Shown: positions 54,877-64,000 of the stretch, piece by piece | Layout of the letters: each line of letters opens with the position of its first letter | Numbering within the stretch: position 1 is the stretch's first letter | Source: Chloroflexota bacterium | GTDB lineage: Bacteria > Chloroflexota > Anaerolineae > Anaerolineales > UBA11579 | Direction of reading: 5' to 3' | Assembly: GCA_016191875.1 (NCBI GenBank) | Contig: JACPVG010000004.1 | Coordinates: 1,832 to 65,831 of the forward strand | DNA: 64,000 nt | Position numbers and translations under genes: made by a program | The notes under the pieces: generated by a model | Told to the model about the DNA's origin: nothing | Database searches by the model: none | The model's input: the letters and a program-made list of their open reading frames with translations, nothing else

Positions 54877-54912
54877 AGCGACAAACGGCGGCGCCCCCCG
54901 CCGTTTGTCGCT
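54877..54912. terminator. Perfect 15-bp hairpin between convergent genes
   Basis: AGCGACAAACGGCGG-CGCCCC-CCGCCGTTTGTCGCT. There is no U-tract on either strand. Confidence 0.5.
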
Positions 54913-54973
54913 TAAATCAACGAGCGCTCCCTGGTCAGGGGCCGCTCGTTGCATCAGATTACAGGCCGTCCGT

Positions 54974-56524
54974 CTAGGGCGTGGACCAATAGGCGATCTC
55001 TTCAAGATAAACGGTGAAGTTCTTCGTATCCTGAGCGGCGATGAACGGACCAAACCGGCCGCCGCCATAGATGGGCTTGGCCTTGTCTGTGACGGTGGCC
55101 TGCAACTGGCCGTTGACGAAGAGGCTCAACGTATTGCCCGACATCACCACCACGACATGGTTGGTCTGATCGGGCCCGGTATTGATGCCCACCCCGAGGG
55201 TCCAGGGGGCCAGCATTTCCCATTTTCTCCCGTTCCATTGGCGGATGGAGAAATAGCCGTTGCACGAGATTCCCAGGAAGTAGCCGGTGTTGATCGTCTC
55301 CGAGCGCACGATCAGCCCGTAGCGGTCGTAGCCTGAGCAAGCCGGGCCGGTGGTAAAGATCGCCTCGATGGTGGCGTCGCCCAGGGTGCCGGCGGTGACC
55401 GTCCAGGAGTCAAACCCGATGGTTTCTTTGCTGGTGAGCGTGATGTGGCCGCCTTCCAGCGTCATCGCCGCATGCTTGTCTTCAAACAGGTTCCAGCGGT
55501 CGTCCGCGTCCAGCGTGTCGCGCAGGGTGGGGGCGCCCAGCGCCGCGCTGGTGAGCAGTTCCGGGATGACGCGGATGCTCAGGGTCAGGGCGATGTTGGA
55601 TTGCTCCCCGGCCCCAAAGGTGAAACCGCGTTCGTTACGCAGCAGCCACACGCCGCTGTGTTCGCCCGGCTCGGCCGGGCTGGTAAGCGCCAGAGCCAGG
55701 TCGACCTCTTCGCCCGGGGCCACGCTGCGGCCAAGCAGGATGCTGGTGGTTTCAGTCATCGCTTCGCCATCGGCGTGTACCAGGGCATAGTCCGGCCCCC
55801 AGGTACACTCGCCGGCGTTCTTCAACCGCCAGACGCGGGTGAATTCAACGCCCGCTCCCATACTCCAGCCGTCCGGGGTGCGCGGGACCTCCACCACTTC
55901 CAGGCGGTCAATACAGTCTTTGGCCGAAGAGGGCAGCAGGTCGTAATCCCAGCCGAAGTTCACGTCGCCAATGTGCTGGCCTTCCTGCAGGCCGAGCGTG
56001 GCCTGACCGCCGCGCGGCACACTGAATCGGCCGGGCAGCATGGCGGGCTCCAGGCCGGCGTTGGCAGTCGGGTCGACCGTCACACAATAGATGCCGCTGG
56101 CGAGTTCCGCAAAGGCGTAGAAGCCCTGGTCGTTGGTGGTCGTCTCTGCCAGACCGAAGGCCGGGCACGCCCCCGCGCCCAGGAAGACGCGCACACCCGC
56201 CAGCGGTTCATCCTGTTCGGTGAACTGGCCGTCCGCCGCGCCGTCCACACAGCCGGCCCCGCCTGTCTCCAGGTTGGCGCACACATCGTGGAACACCAGG
56301 CCGATGATCGCGCCAGTAGGCGGCACGGTAGCGGAAGGCTCCGGCGCGGGGGCGGTCGTCGGGCTTTCGGTGGGCGGGGGTTCGGGCGTCGCGGTCGGTT
56401 CGGCAGGCACAGGCGAAGGCAGCGCCGCTTCCGTGGGAGTCGGCTCGGGCTGAACGCGGGCGCCGAGTTCACAGCCGCTTAGAATCAGGGTGGAAAGCGC
56501 CAAAAGCAGCCAGATCTTTTTCAT
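54974..56524 (-). CDS. Secreted lipoprotein with SdrD-B-like, NBR1-Ig-like and LamG/concanavalin-like regions
   Basis: Lipobox LILSGC with a Pro/Thr linker. VWRLKNAGECTWGPDYALV is an NBR1-like segment. Confidence 0.6.
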   Translation of the reverse strand: MKKIWLLLALSTLILSGCELGARVQPEPTPTEAALPSPVPAEPTATPEPPPTESPTTAPAPEPSATVPPTGAIIGLVFHDVCANLETGGAGCVDGAADGQFTEQDEPLAGVRVFLGAGACPAFGLAETTTNDQGFYAFAELASGIYCVTVDPTANAGLEPAMLPGRFSVPRGGQATLGLQEGQHIGDVNFGWDYDLLPSSAKDCIDRLEVVEVPRTPDGWSMGAGVEFTRVWRLKNAGECTWGPDYALVHADGEAMTETTSILLGRSVAPGEEVDLALALTSPAEPGEHSGVWLLRNERGFTFGAGEQSNIALTLSIRVIPELLTSAALGAPTLRDTLDADDRWNLFEDKHAAMTLEGGHITLTSKETIGFDSWTVTAGTLGDATIEAIFTTGPACSGYDRYGLIVRSETINTGYFLGISCNGYFSIRQWNGRKWEMLAPWTLGVGINTGPDQTNHVVVVMSGNTLSLFVNGQLQATVTDKAKPIYGGGRFGPFIAAQDTKNFTVYLEEIAYWSTP

Positions 56525-56607
56525 CAGGTTGTCCCTTAAAACGCAGTGGTCAGGCATTCGACCTGACCACTATTATAGATGAGCCGGGCGGGATGCGCCC
56601 GTTCCGG

Positions 56608-57810
56608 TCACGCCATATTCAGCACATCGCGGATGCTGGGCAGCGCCCAGTCGATCGTTTCTTTGTCGATGACCAGCGGCGGCGCAAAGCGGATGACGTT
56701 GTCATGGGTCTCTTTGCACAGGATGCCCTTGATCTTCATGGCTTCGCAGAAACGCCGCGCCCCGCCGGCTTCCGGCTTGAGTTCCACGCCGATCAACAGT
56801 CCCTTGCCGCGCACTTCCTTCACGTGCGGGCTGGGGATCTCGGCCAGTTGCTCCATGAAATACTCGCCCAATTCGGCCGAACGCTGAACAAGATTCTCGT
56901 CGCGGATGACGGCCAGCGCCGCCCGCGCCACGGCCGCGCCCAGCGGGTTGCCGCCGAACGTGCTGCCATGCTCGCCGGGCTGGAACAGTCCCAGAATCGG
57001 CTTGTCGGCCAGCACGGCCGAGACCGGGTAGAACCCGCCCGCCAGCGCCTTACCGATGATGACCACATCGGCGCGTACGCCTTCGTGTTCCATGGCGAAC
57101 ATTCGCCCGGTGCGGCCGAGGCCGGTCTGGATCTCATCGGCCATGAACAACACGTTGTGCTTCGTGCACAGCTCGCGCACCGCCTTCAGGTAACCGGCGG
57201 ACGGCACGATGACTCCGCCCTCGCCCTGAATCGGCTCGACCATCACCGCCGCCGTGTTGGGCGTGATGGCGTCTTCGATGGCTTTAGCGTCACCATAGGC
57301 CACGACTTTGAAACCGGGCGTGAACGGCCCGAAGTCGTCGCGGTAGAGCGGCTCGGTGCTGAAGGTGATGATGCTGATGGTGCGCCCGTGGAAATTCCCG
57401 GCGCAGACGATGATCTCGGCCTCTTGGCGCGGCACGCCCTTGACACGGTAGGCCCACTTGCGCGCCAGTTTGAGCGCCGTCTCAACCGCTTCGGCGCCGC
57501 TGTTCATCGGCAGGCTCATGTCGTAGCCGGTCATCTCGCTCAGTTCCTTGTAGAACAGCGGCAACTGGTCGTTGCGGAAGGCGCGCGAAGTCAGGGTGAC
57601 CTTTTTGGCCTGCTCGATGAGCGCGTCCACAATGCGCGGGTGGACATGCCCCTGGTTCAACGCGGAGTAGGCGCTCAGGCAGTCGAGGTATTTGTTGCCT
57701 TCTGCATCCCACACCCACACGCCTTCGGCCTTCGTCACCACCACATCCAGCGGATGGTAGTTGTGCGCGCCGTATTTTTCTTCGAGTGCAATGTATTCTT
57801 GTGTGTTCAT
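56608..57810 (-). CDS. rocD: Ornithine--oxo-acid aminotransferase
   Basis: YGAHNYHPL, LSAYSALNQGH, TLTSRAF.ND and MNSGAEAVE closely follow the RocD pattern. Confidence 0.85.
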   Translation of the reverse strand: MNTQEYIALEEKYGAHNYHPLDVVVTKAEGVWVWDAEGNKYLDCLSAYSALNQGHVHPRIVDALIEQAKKVTLTSRAFRNDQLPLFYKELSEMTGYDMSLPMNSGAEAVETALKLARKWAYRVKGVPRQEAEIIVCAGNFHGRTISIITFSTEPLYRDDFGPFTPGFKVVAYGDAKAIEDAITPNTAAVMVEPIQGEGGVIVPSAGYLKAVRELCTKHNVLFMADEIQTGLGRTGRMFAMEHEGVRADVVIIGKALAGGFYPVSAVLADKPILGLFQPGEHGSTFGGNPLGAAVARAALAVIRDENLVQRSAELGEYFMEQLAEIPSPHVKEVRGKGLLIGVELKPEAGGARRFCEAMKIKGILCKETHDNVIRFAPPLVIDKETIDWALPSIRDVLNMA

Positions 57811-57815
57811 CGAAT

Positions 57816-57915
57816 AGTCCTTAGTCCCTGGTCCAGTGTCCAGTGTCCAAGTCCATCATGCTTCGCCAGATGATTGCACCTGCAATCAGGACAGAGGACA
57901 GTGGACAATGGACTG
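57816..57915. repeat. Opposed arms of phased 7-nt words in the argF-rocD spacer
   Basis: 57816-57857 reads AGTCCTT AGTCCCT GGTCCAG TGTCCAG TGTCCAA GTCCATC. 57888-57915 reads AGGACAG AGGACAG TGGACAA TGGACTG. A small GATTGCA/TGCAATC hairpin lies between them. Confidence 0.65.
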
Positions 57916-57926
57916 TAGTTCTTCGG

Positions 57927-58844
57927 CTATCCCAGCAACTTCACCAGAATCGCCTTCTGGGCGTGCAGGCGGTTGTGCGCCTGGGGGAAGAGCCGTGAAT
58001 GCGGGCCATCCGCCACCTCGTCGGTGATCTCCTGGCCGCGGTGCGCCGGCAGGCAGTGCAGCACGATGGCGCGTTTGCTGGCTTCGCTCACCAGTTGGGG
58101 ATTCACCTGGTAGGGCGGGAAGACCGCCTCGCGCTTCCTGGCTTCTTCTTCCTGGCCCATGCTGGTCCAGGTGTCAGTGTAGATCACGTCGACATTCTTC
58201 ACCGCCGCGTGCGGGTCTTCGATGAAGGTCAGGGCGCTGCCGCTCTCGGCGGCGAACTGCTTCGCCAGGTCTACCGCCCCCGGCACGATGGCATAGCCCG
58301 CCGGGTTGGCAATGGTGAAATTCGCCCCCAGTTTGGCGCAAATGTGCATCAGTGAGACGGCCACGTTGTTGCCGTCGCCGATGTAAGTCACGTTGATGCC
58401 TTTGAGCGCGCCAAACTCTTCCTGGATGGTTAGCGCGTCGGCCATGCCCTGGCACGGGTGGTTGTAGTCACTCAAGCCATTGATGACCGGCACGCCGGCC
58501 CACTCGGCCAGTTGCAGCACGTGGGCGTGGTCGAACACGCGTGCCATGATGGCATCCACGTAGCCGGAGAGCACGCGCGCCACATCGGCAATCGATTCGC
58601 GCTGGCCCAGCCCGATCTCGGCCGGCGAGAGGTATAGGGCATCGCCGCCCAGATGGCGCATCGCCATATCAAAGGAAACACGCGTGCGCAGGCTCGGCTT
58701 CTGGAACACCATCGCCAGGGTCTTTCCCTGTAACCGGGGCTTGTTGCCGCCTGCCTGATGTTCTTTCTTTAGTTCGACCGCCAGATCGAGCATGGCCTGA
58801 AGGTCAGCGGGAGAATGGTCGGCAATGCCAATGAAGTCCTTCAT
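57927..58844 (-). CDS. argF: Ornithine carbamoyltransferase
   Basis: [16 protein letters not shown] and HCLPA motifs. AAGGAG RBS. Confidence 0.9.
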   Translation of the reverse strand: MKDFIGIADHSPADLQAMLDLAVELKKEHQAGGNKPRLQGKTLAMVFQKPSLRTRVSFDMAMRHLGGDALYLSPAEIGLGQRESIADVARVLSGYVDAIMARVFDHAHVLQLAEWAGVPVINGLSDYNHPCQGMADALTIQEEFGALKGINVTYIGDGNNVAVSLMHICAKLGANFTIANPAGYAIVPGAVDLAKQFAAESGSALTFIEDPHAAVKNVDVIYTDTWTSMGQEEEARKREAVFPPYQVNPQLVSEASKRAIVLHCLPAHRGQEITDEVADGPHSRLFPQAHNRLHAQKAILVKLLG

Positions 58845-58973
58845 GGGGGCAGCGCGCTCCTTGATAGACGTCGCCCGAAGCGGGCGCAGGCGCGAGTATA
58901 ACATCACCGGCGAAGCGCCCAAAGAAACAAAAAACGCCCCGGTTGCCCGGGGCGTTCGCTTACATGCTCGTGA

Positions 58974-59144
58974 CTACATGCCCTTGACCAGGATGCCGAG
59001 AAGTAGCAGCACCCAGGCAACGATCAGCAGCCAACTGGCGAACGCAGCCAGGGCCGGGACAATGCCGAACGTGCCGAGCACGCCGAGCACGCCGACCACG
59101 ACGCTGATCCAGAACGTGAGCATGGTGGGGGAACTGAGTTTCAT
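58974..59144 (-). CDS. Unlisted 56-aa two-TM membrane protein (MKLSSPTMLTFWISVVVGVLGVLGTFGIVPALAAFASWLLIVAWVLLLLGILVKGM)
   Basis: GGAGAGAAGCA precedes the ATG. Two clear hydrophobic helices. Below the track cutoff. Confidence 0.45.
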   Translation of the reverse strand: MKLSSPTMLTFWISVVVGVLGVLGTFGIVPALAAFASWLLIVAWVLLLLGILVKGM

Positions 59145-59243
59145 TGCTTCTCTCCTTATACGGTGATGGACAGCTTGCTAACCTATTAAACACCCGTTCT
59201 GGGAAATAGTTGCCGTTTTGGCAGGGCAGTTCTCATGCGGGTT

Positions 59244-60281
59244 CTACGGAGCAGGCACTTCCACCGGTTCGGGCGTCGCGTCGGTGATCTCCACCGTCAC
59301 GACGTCGCTTTCCAGGCGCGGGTTGAAGGTCACGCTGTATACCTCCCACAGGCCCGGCCCGGCCGGGATATTGAAGGCGCCCTCGGCGCCGGTCACGCCA
59401 TAACTGAGTGCGCCGTCGTCGCGCACCGCCTGCACCTGGATCCCAACCACCGGCTTGCCGTTGCCGTCCACCACCGTGCCACTGATCTCGGTCGTGGCGA
59501 CCTCGTACTGGAGGAGCAAGGGCGCGCGCTGAGGAATGAGCACGAAACTGCGCCAGGCCAGCTGGAAGTAGCCGCGCATCTCACAATCCACATCCATCAC
59601 CGGGCTGGTGCATTCGTGGCCCACGATCTGGACGTCCAGCGTGCCAAGCAGGTCCGGCGGCAGGTAGGTCACCGCCACCCCCTGGTCGGTGGAAATCGAG
59701 TTGTTGCGCAATTCATCCGTACCATCGCGGTAGATGAAGGCCACCACCACGCCGGGGATAGGGTTGCCTTCAGTGTCCTGCACCGTAGCACGCACCTGCT
59801 GGTCGAGTGGAAAGGCCACGACAGGCAAGAAGTTTGGGTCGCCCTGAAACTGGATGAACACCGAAGCGAACCAGCCCAGGGTCTTCTCTTCGTCCTCCTG
59901 CTCCCCGGGGATTTCCACCTGCACCCACTCACCGGATTCATCGCGGCCGGTGGCGAGCAGTTGTGTGCCCTCGGGAAACGACTCCAACACCTCGAAGAAG
60001 GTGCTGGGCCCGGCGCGCAGATTCAGCGCCGCCACAAACACCGTGCCGGTGACCGGCCCGCTGGGGGTGGCCGTGGCGGTGGGGGCCAGGGTGCGGGTGG
60101 GCTCCGGCGTGTTGGTCTGGGTCGGCGGCACAAAGGTGTTGGTGGCCGTTGGGCGGGCCGCCTCGGTCTGGGCGATGGCGGTCTGAATGTCTTCGACGCG
60201 CGGCGTGGGCGGCGCCTGCCGCCCGGCGCAGGCCGCCAGCAGCAGGGTCAGCATCAGGATTAGGGAAATCGTTCGCATCAT
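59244..60281 (-). CDS. Lipoprotein with a bacterial SH3 domain and carboxypeptidase-regulatory-like beta-sandwich regions
   Basis: Lipobox LLLAACAG. SH3b-like LNLRAGPSTFFEVLESFPEGTQLLATGRDESGEWVQV. Confidence 0.6.
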   Translation of the reverse strand: MMRTISLILMLTLLLAACAGRQAPPTPRVEDIQTAIAQTEAARPTATNTFVPPTQTNTPEPTRTLAPTATATPSGPVTGTVFVAALNLRAGPSTFFEVLESFPEGTQLLATGRDESGEWVQVEIPGEQEDEEKTLGWFASVFIQFQGDPNFLPVVAFPLDQQVRATVQDTEGNPIPGVVVAFIYRDGTDELRNNSISTDQGVAVTYLPPDLLGTLDVQIVGHECTSPVMDVDCEMRGYFQLAWRSFVLIPQRAPLLLQYEVATTEISGTVVDGNGKPVVGIQVQAVRDDGALSYGVTGAEGAFNIPAGPGLWEVYSVTFNPRLESDVVTVEITDATPEPVEVPAP

Positions 60282-60390
60282 GGGTGTCTGCCTTTACACG
60301 CGGGTTGGCGCCTCCATTATAGCGTCCAACCGGCCTGCGCGGCCGTCGCGGTATAATCGCTTCAGCCCACACCATCATTGAGGAGTACGC

Positions 60391-60798
60391 ATGGCAGAGC
60401 AAAAAATCCGGGTCATCGTCGCCAAGCCCGGCCTGGATGGCCACGACCGCGGCGCGAAGGTTGTTGCCCGCGCCCTGCGGGACGCCGGCATGGAAGTCAT
60501 CTACACCGGCTTGCGCCAGACTCCTGAAATGATCGCCGAGGCCGCCCTGCAGGAAGACGCCCACGCCGTGGGCCTCTCCATCCTTTCGGGCGCCCACATG
60601 GAACTGGCCCCGCGCATCCTGGAACTACTGAAAGCCAACGGCCAGGAGAACGTCAAGGTGTTCATCGGCGGCATCATCCCGGACGAGGATGTGCCGCGCC
60701 TGCTGGAACTGGGCGTGGCGGGCGTATATGGCCCCGGCACGCCCACCGACCAGATCGTGAAAGAGATGCGCGCGGCCGTGGCCGGCGCGCAGGGTTGA
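60391..60798 (+). CDS. Cobalamin-binding small subunit of a split acyl-CoA (methylmalonyl-CoA-type) mutase
   Basis: [18 protein letters not shown] (DxHxxG B12 motif). 135 aa. GAGGAG RBS. Confidence 0.85.
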   Translation: MAEQKIRVIVAKPGLDGHDRGAKVVARALRDAGMEVIYTGLRQTPEMIAEAALQEDAHAVGLSILSGAHMELAPRILELLKANGQENVKVFIGGIIPDEDVPRLLELGVAGVYGPGTPTDQIVKEMRAAVAGAQG

Positions 60799-60807
60799 CC
60801 CTGGCGC

Positions 60808-61812
60808 ATGCTCGACCTGCACGCCGTGTTGGACGGCCAGCGCCTGGCGCTCACCCGCCTGCTCACCCAGATCGAAAACCAGACCGAAGCCGGGCAGCAC
60901 GCCCTGGCTGAACTCTTCCCCCACACCGGCCGTGCCCACCTCATCGGCGTCACCGGCGCGCCGGGAACCGGCAAATCCTCGCTCGTCAATCAGCTTGCCC
61001 TGGGCTACCGCAAAACGGAAGCGCCAAAAAAGGTTGCCATCCTGGCGGTGGACCCCAGCAGCCCCTTCACCGGCGGGGCGGTGCTGGGTGACCGCATCCG
61101 CATGGCGGCCCTCAGCGGCGACGCGGGCGTGTTCATCCGCAGTATGGCGACGCGCGGCTCGCTGGGCGGGCTGGCGCACGCCACCGCCGGGATGGTGCAG
61201 GCCTTCGACGCCGCTGGCTACGAGATCATCCTCATCGAGACCGTGGGCGCGGGGCAGTCCGAAGTGGATATCGCCCGTCTGGCGCACACCACCCTGGTGG
61301 TGGAAGCACCCGGCCTGGGCGACGACATCCAGGCCATCAAGGCCGGCATCCTGGAGATCGCCGACATCCTGGTGGTGAACAAGGCCGACCGGCCGGGCGT
61401 GGAAACCACCGAGCGCGCCCTGCGCAGCATGCTGCAACTGGCGCATCCGGTGGCGCACGTCTTCCGCCATCACGGCCAGGCGCTGGATGTTCAGGCCACC
61501 GCGCCGGAAAGCGAGGCCCTGTGGCTGCCGCCCATCCAGCGCACAGTGGCCGCCGACGGCCAGGGCGTGCCCGAACTGCTGGCGTATATCGCCGCCCACC
61601 GCGTCCACCTGGAAGCCAGCGGCGACCTGGCGCGCCGGGAGCGCGCCCGCCTGGCCGCCGAACTGGACCAGCGCCTGCAGGATGCCCTGGTGGAACACTG
61701 GCGGGCTGGCGCGCAAGCCGGCGAGCTTGAGCAGGCCCTGGACGCCCTGCTGGCGCGCCAACTCAGCCCGCAGGAGGCCGTCCAGCGTCTGTTGAACGGC
61801 AGAAAGGGTTAG
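60808..61812 (+). CDS. meaB: Methylmalonyl-CoA mutase-associated G3E GTPase MeaB
   Basis: GVTGAPGTGKSSL P-loop, ETVGAGQSE and NKADR motifs. Confidence 0.85.
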   Translation: MLDLHAVLDGQRLALTRLLTQIENQTEAGQHALAELFPHTGRAHLIGVTGAPGTGKSSLVNQLALGYRKTEAPKKVAILAVDPSSPFTGGAVLGDRIRMAALSGDAGVFIRSMATRGSLGGLAHATAGMVQAFDAAGYEIILIETVGAGQSEVDIARLAHTTLVVEAPGLGDDIQAIKAGILEIADILVVNKADRPGVETTERALRSMLQLAHPVAHVFRHHGQALDVQATAPESEALWLPPIQRTVAADGQGVPELLAYIAAHRVHLEASGDLARRERARLAAELDQRLQDALVEHWRAGAQAGELEQALDALLARQLSPQEAVQRLLNGRKG

Positions 61813-61815
61813 CCC

Positions 61816-62358
61816 ATGTACGTCGCCGAACGTGTGCGCCTGCGGCGGGTGGAAAAAGACGACCTGCCGCGCTACGTGGAATGGCTGAACGACGCCGAGG
61901 TGCGCCGCGGGCTGATGATCTTCCTGCCCCTTTCGAACGTCGAAGAGGAGCAGTGGTTCGAGGAGATGAACAAGCGCCCGCCACTGGAACGGCCCTTCGC
62001 TGTGGACGCCAACTCGTCCAATGGCTGGCAGCACATCGGCTCGGCTGGCCTGTTCGATTTCGACCACGTAGCGCGCCACGCCGAATTGGGCATCGTCCTG
62101 GGCGACAAGGAATTCTGGGACAAGGGCTACGGTAGCGATACGATGCGCCTGCTGCTCAAGGTGGGTTTTGAAACGCTCAACCTCGACCGCATCCACCTGC
62201 GCGTGTACGGCAACAACCCACGCGCCCTGCACGTCTACGAGAAAGTGGGCTTCAGCCTGGAAGGCACGCTGCGCCAACACGTCTATCGCGAAGGCAGGTA
62301 TTACGATGTGCACGTCATGGGCGTGCTGCGCGCCGAGTGGCAGAAGAATCAGAAATGA
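61816..62358 (+). CDS. GNAT family N-acetyltransferase (RimJ/RimL-like)
   Basis: Acetyltransferase core (GDKEFWDKGYGSDTMRLLL, NPRALHVYEKVGF). Confidence 0.8.
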   Translation: MYVAERVRLRRVEKDDLPRYVEWLNDAEVRRGLMIFLPLSNVEEEQWFEEMNKRPPLERPFAVDANSSNGWQHIGSAGLFDFDHVARHAELGIVLGDKEFWDKGYGSDTMRLLLKVGFETLNLDRIHLRVYGNNPRALHVYEKVGFSLEGTLRQHVYREGRYYDVHVMGVLRAEWQKNQK

Positions 62359-62391
62359 TGTAAGTTAACGTTGGACGAGGAGCGACCTGGC

Positions 62392-63390
62392 ATGGCACGA
62401 GGCATCCGGCGCGGCCGGAACATCAAGATCTACGGCGACATCAAGCTCTATGCCTGCTCCGGCAACCCGGAACTGGCAGGGGCGATCGCCCGCTACCTGA
62501 AGCAGCCCCTGGCGGGGCGCGACATCCTGCACTACCCCAACGACAACATCGGGGTGCGCCTGCACGACAGCGCCCGCGGCCAGGATGTATACGTCATCCA
62601 GTCCACCTCCCGGCCGGTCCACTACAACATCTTCGAACTGCTCATCCTGTTGCAGACTCTGCGGCTCGATTCGGCCGGGCGCATCACGGCCGTACTGCCT
62701 TACCTGGCCTATGGCCGCTCCGACAAGAAAGACCAGCCGCGCGTGCCCATCGCAGCGCGGCTGATGGCCGACATGATCGAAGTGGCCGGGGCCGATCGTT
62801 ACATGACGCTCGACCTGCACGCCGGACAGTTGCAGGGCTTCTTCTCCATCCCCGGCGACGTGCTGACTGCCTTTCACATCATCGTGAACCACGTCAAAGA
62901 GCGGCTCAAGAAGATGACCGACCCCGTGGTAGTGACCACCGACCTCGGATTTGCCAAGCGTGGCCGCAACTTCGCCGAGCAGATCGGCACGCCGCTGGCG
63001 CTGATCGAGAAACGCCGCCAGATCAAAACCGGCGTGGGCACCGAGGCGCTCAACCTGGTGGGTGAGGTGAAGGGCCGGGACGTGCTGCTGTTGGACGACG
63101 AGGTGGATACCGCCGGCTCGGTGAGTGAAGCCGTCAACCTGCTCAAGGCCGAAGGCGCCAACAGCATCACCCTGGTTTTCGTCCACGCCGTACTGTCCGA
63201 CCCGGCCGCCGACCGCCTCTCCAGCCTGCCGCTGAAAGAGATCATCACCACCGACACAATCGCGATCCCCGAAGAAAAGCGCACCAGGCTGGGCAGCAAA
63301 CTCACCGTGCTCTCTGTCGCCCCCCTGCTGGGCGAGGTCATCCTGCGCGCCCACGAGGGCCGCAGCGTAGGCCAGATGTTCAATGAGTAG
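62392..63390 (+). CDS. prs: Ribose-phosphate pyrophosphokinase
   Basis: YLAYGRSDKKD, DLHAGQLQGFF and LLDDEVDTAGS motifs. GAGGAG RBS before the ATG at 62392. Confidence 0.9.
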   Translation: MARGIRRGRNIKIYGDIKLYACSGNPELAGAIARYLKQPLAGRDILHYPNDNIGVRLHDSARGQDVYVIQSTSRPVHYNIFELLILLQTLRLDSAGRITAVLPYLAYGRSDKKDQPRVPIAARLMADMIEVAGADRYMTLDLHAGQLQGFFSIPGDVLTAFHIIVNHVKERLKKMTDPVVVTTDLGFAKRGRNFAEQIGTPLALIEKRRQIKTGVGTEALNLVGEVKGRDVLLLDDEVDTAGSVSEAVNLLKAEGANSITLVFVHAVLSDPAADRLSSLPLKEIITTDTIAIPEEKRTRLGSKLTVLSVAPLLGEVILRAHEGRSVGQMFNE

Positions 63391-63511
63391 GTAGCAGGGA
63401 GCAGACAAAAGGAAGCAGAGAGCAGTAAGCGGCAACTGGTAATTGCCCTGTCGCCTACATCCTCATCAAGCCATCCCGGCCCAAGCGGGGAAGCTGGCAA
63501 CCGACGGCAAT

Positions 63512-64000
63512 TCAGGAGCGCAGAAGGTAGAACGAATCGCCGGGGGCGAACTTCTCTTTTACCAGCGTGTAATACAACAGGCGGCCTTCTTCCAACGGCT
63601 CTTCCCGTTCAAGGCTAAAGCCAAGCTTGTCAAGCACACGGCTTGAAGCCGTGTTGGCATCCACCACCCGGGCAGTGAGGCGCGGCACGCCGGCGCCCTC
63701 GAAGGCGTAGCGCACCGCCGCCCGCACGGCCTCGGTGGTGTAGCCTTTGCCCCAGGCGCGCGAGATGAGGCCGTACCCGATTTCGAGTTCGTGGGTGTCA
63801 TCCAAAGGCTCAATGTTGATCGCGCCGAGAAACATAGGATTGGCCTTGTGCGCAATCACCCAGCCGCCGATGCTGCGAGCGGCCCATGTCGCGCGCGCCA
63901 CTTGCAGGGCGCGTTCGGCGCGCTGCATCGGCGTGAGCGGCCGCTTGGAGATGTAGCGCGCCACCTGCGTATCAGCAAAAAACTCCTGCGCCCAGGCCGG
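63512..64000 (-). CDS. GNAT family N-acetyltransferase (5' end beyond the window)
   Basis: The frame stays open to position 64000. WGKGYTTEAVRAAVRYAF and NTASSRVLDKLGF motifs. Confidence 0.75.
   Translation of the reverse strand, partial: PAWAQEFFADTQVARYISKRPLTPMQRAERALQVARATWAARSIGGWVIAHKANPMFLGAINIEPLDDTHELEIGYGLISRAWGKGYTTEAVRAAVRYAFEGAGVPRLTARVVDANTASSRVLDKLGFSLEREEPLEEGRLLYYTLVKEKFAPGDSFYLLRS

Overview
This is a GC-rich bacterial chromosomal segment. Gene content and repeat types suggest a Chloroflexota- or Actinobacteria-like lineage, but that is inference only. It is densely packed with about 55 housekeeping, envelope and regulatory protein genes on both strands.

I could support no rRNA, tRNA, CRISPR array, integrase or transposase.

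Most long antisense or alternate-frame ORFs in the six-frame track are high-GC artefacts. They overlap well-supported genes.

**Recognisable genes**
- Metabolism: a split biotin-carboxylase/BCCP pair with MaoC and CitE-like genes, rarA, hom, acpS, rocD, argF, prs, a B12-binding mutase subunit with meaB, and a polyprenyl synthase.
- Envelope and transport: an LCP protein, a sugar-nucleotide/sulfotransferase cluster, a P-type ATPase, nhaA, a DsbA-cyclophilin fusion, PrsW, DedA, penicillin acylase, two M16 peptidases, DegT and MscS.
- Regulation and RNA turnover: two Hanks-type kinases, VapBC, RNase J and a NarL-type two-component pair.
- Unknown function: the phosphomutase/DUF3090/SCO1664 trio.

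**What the gene list does not explain**
1. An AT-richer, nearly gene-free island lies at about 39.8-41.2 kb. It holds two tandem bulged hairpins with an identical 20-nt loop core and fully compensated stem differences. Each hairpin is preceded by roughly 11-nt phased word repeats.
2. A 34-nt hairpin-repeat family is present. It bounds a 451-bp GIY-YIG cassette inserted exactly in an operon spacer, bounds an ORF-less 327-bp derivative, and also occurs as a solo copy.
3. A conserved two-hairpin element occurs at two loci and shows a compensatory change.
4. A roughly 4-kb block carrying a kinase-STAND-TPR gene (itself split by an in-frame TGA) replaces the middle of an FAD-oxidase gene. It ends in an 84-bp duplicate of the neighbouring kinase's 3' end.
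5. Many intergenic tracts are built from phased 7-, 8- or 11-nt words, often as opposed arms.
6. Strong -10 hexamers sit 6-8 nt before ATGs, the geometry expected for leaderless mRNAs.

All functional assignments rest on motif recognition in the supplied translations. No database search was possible.
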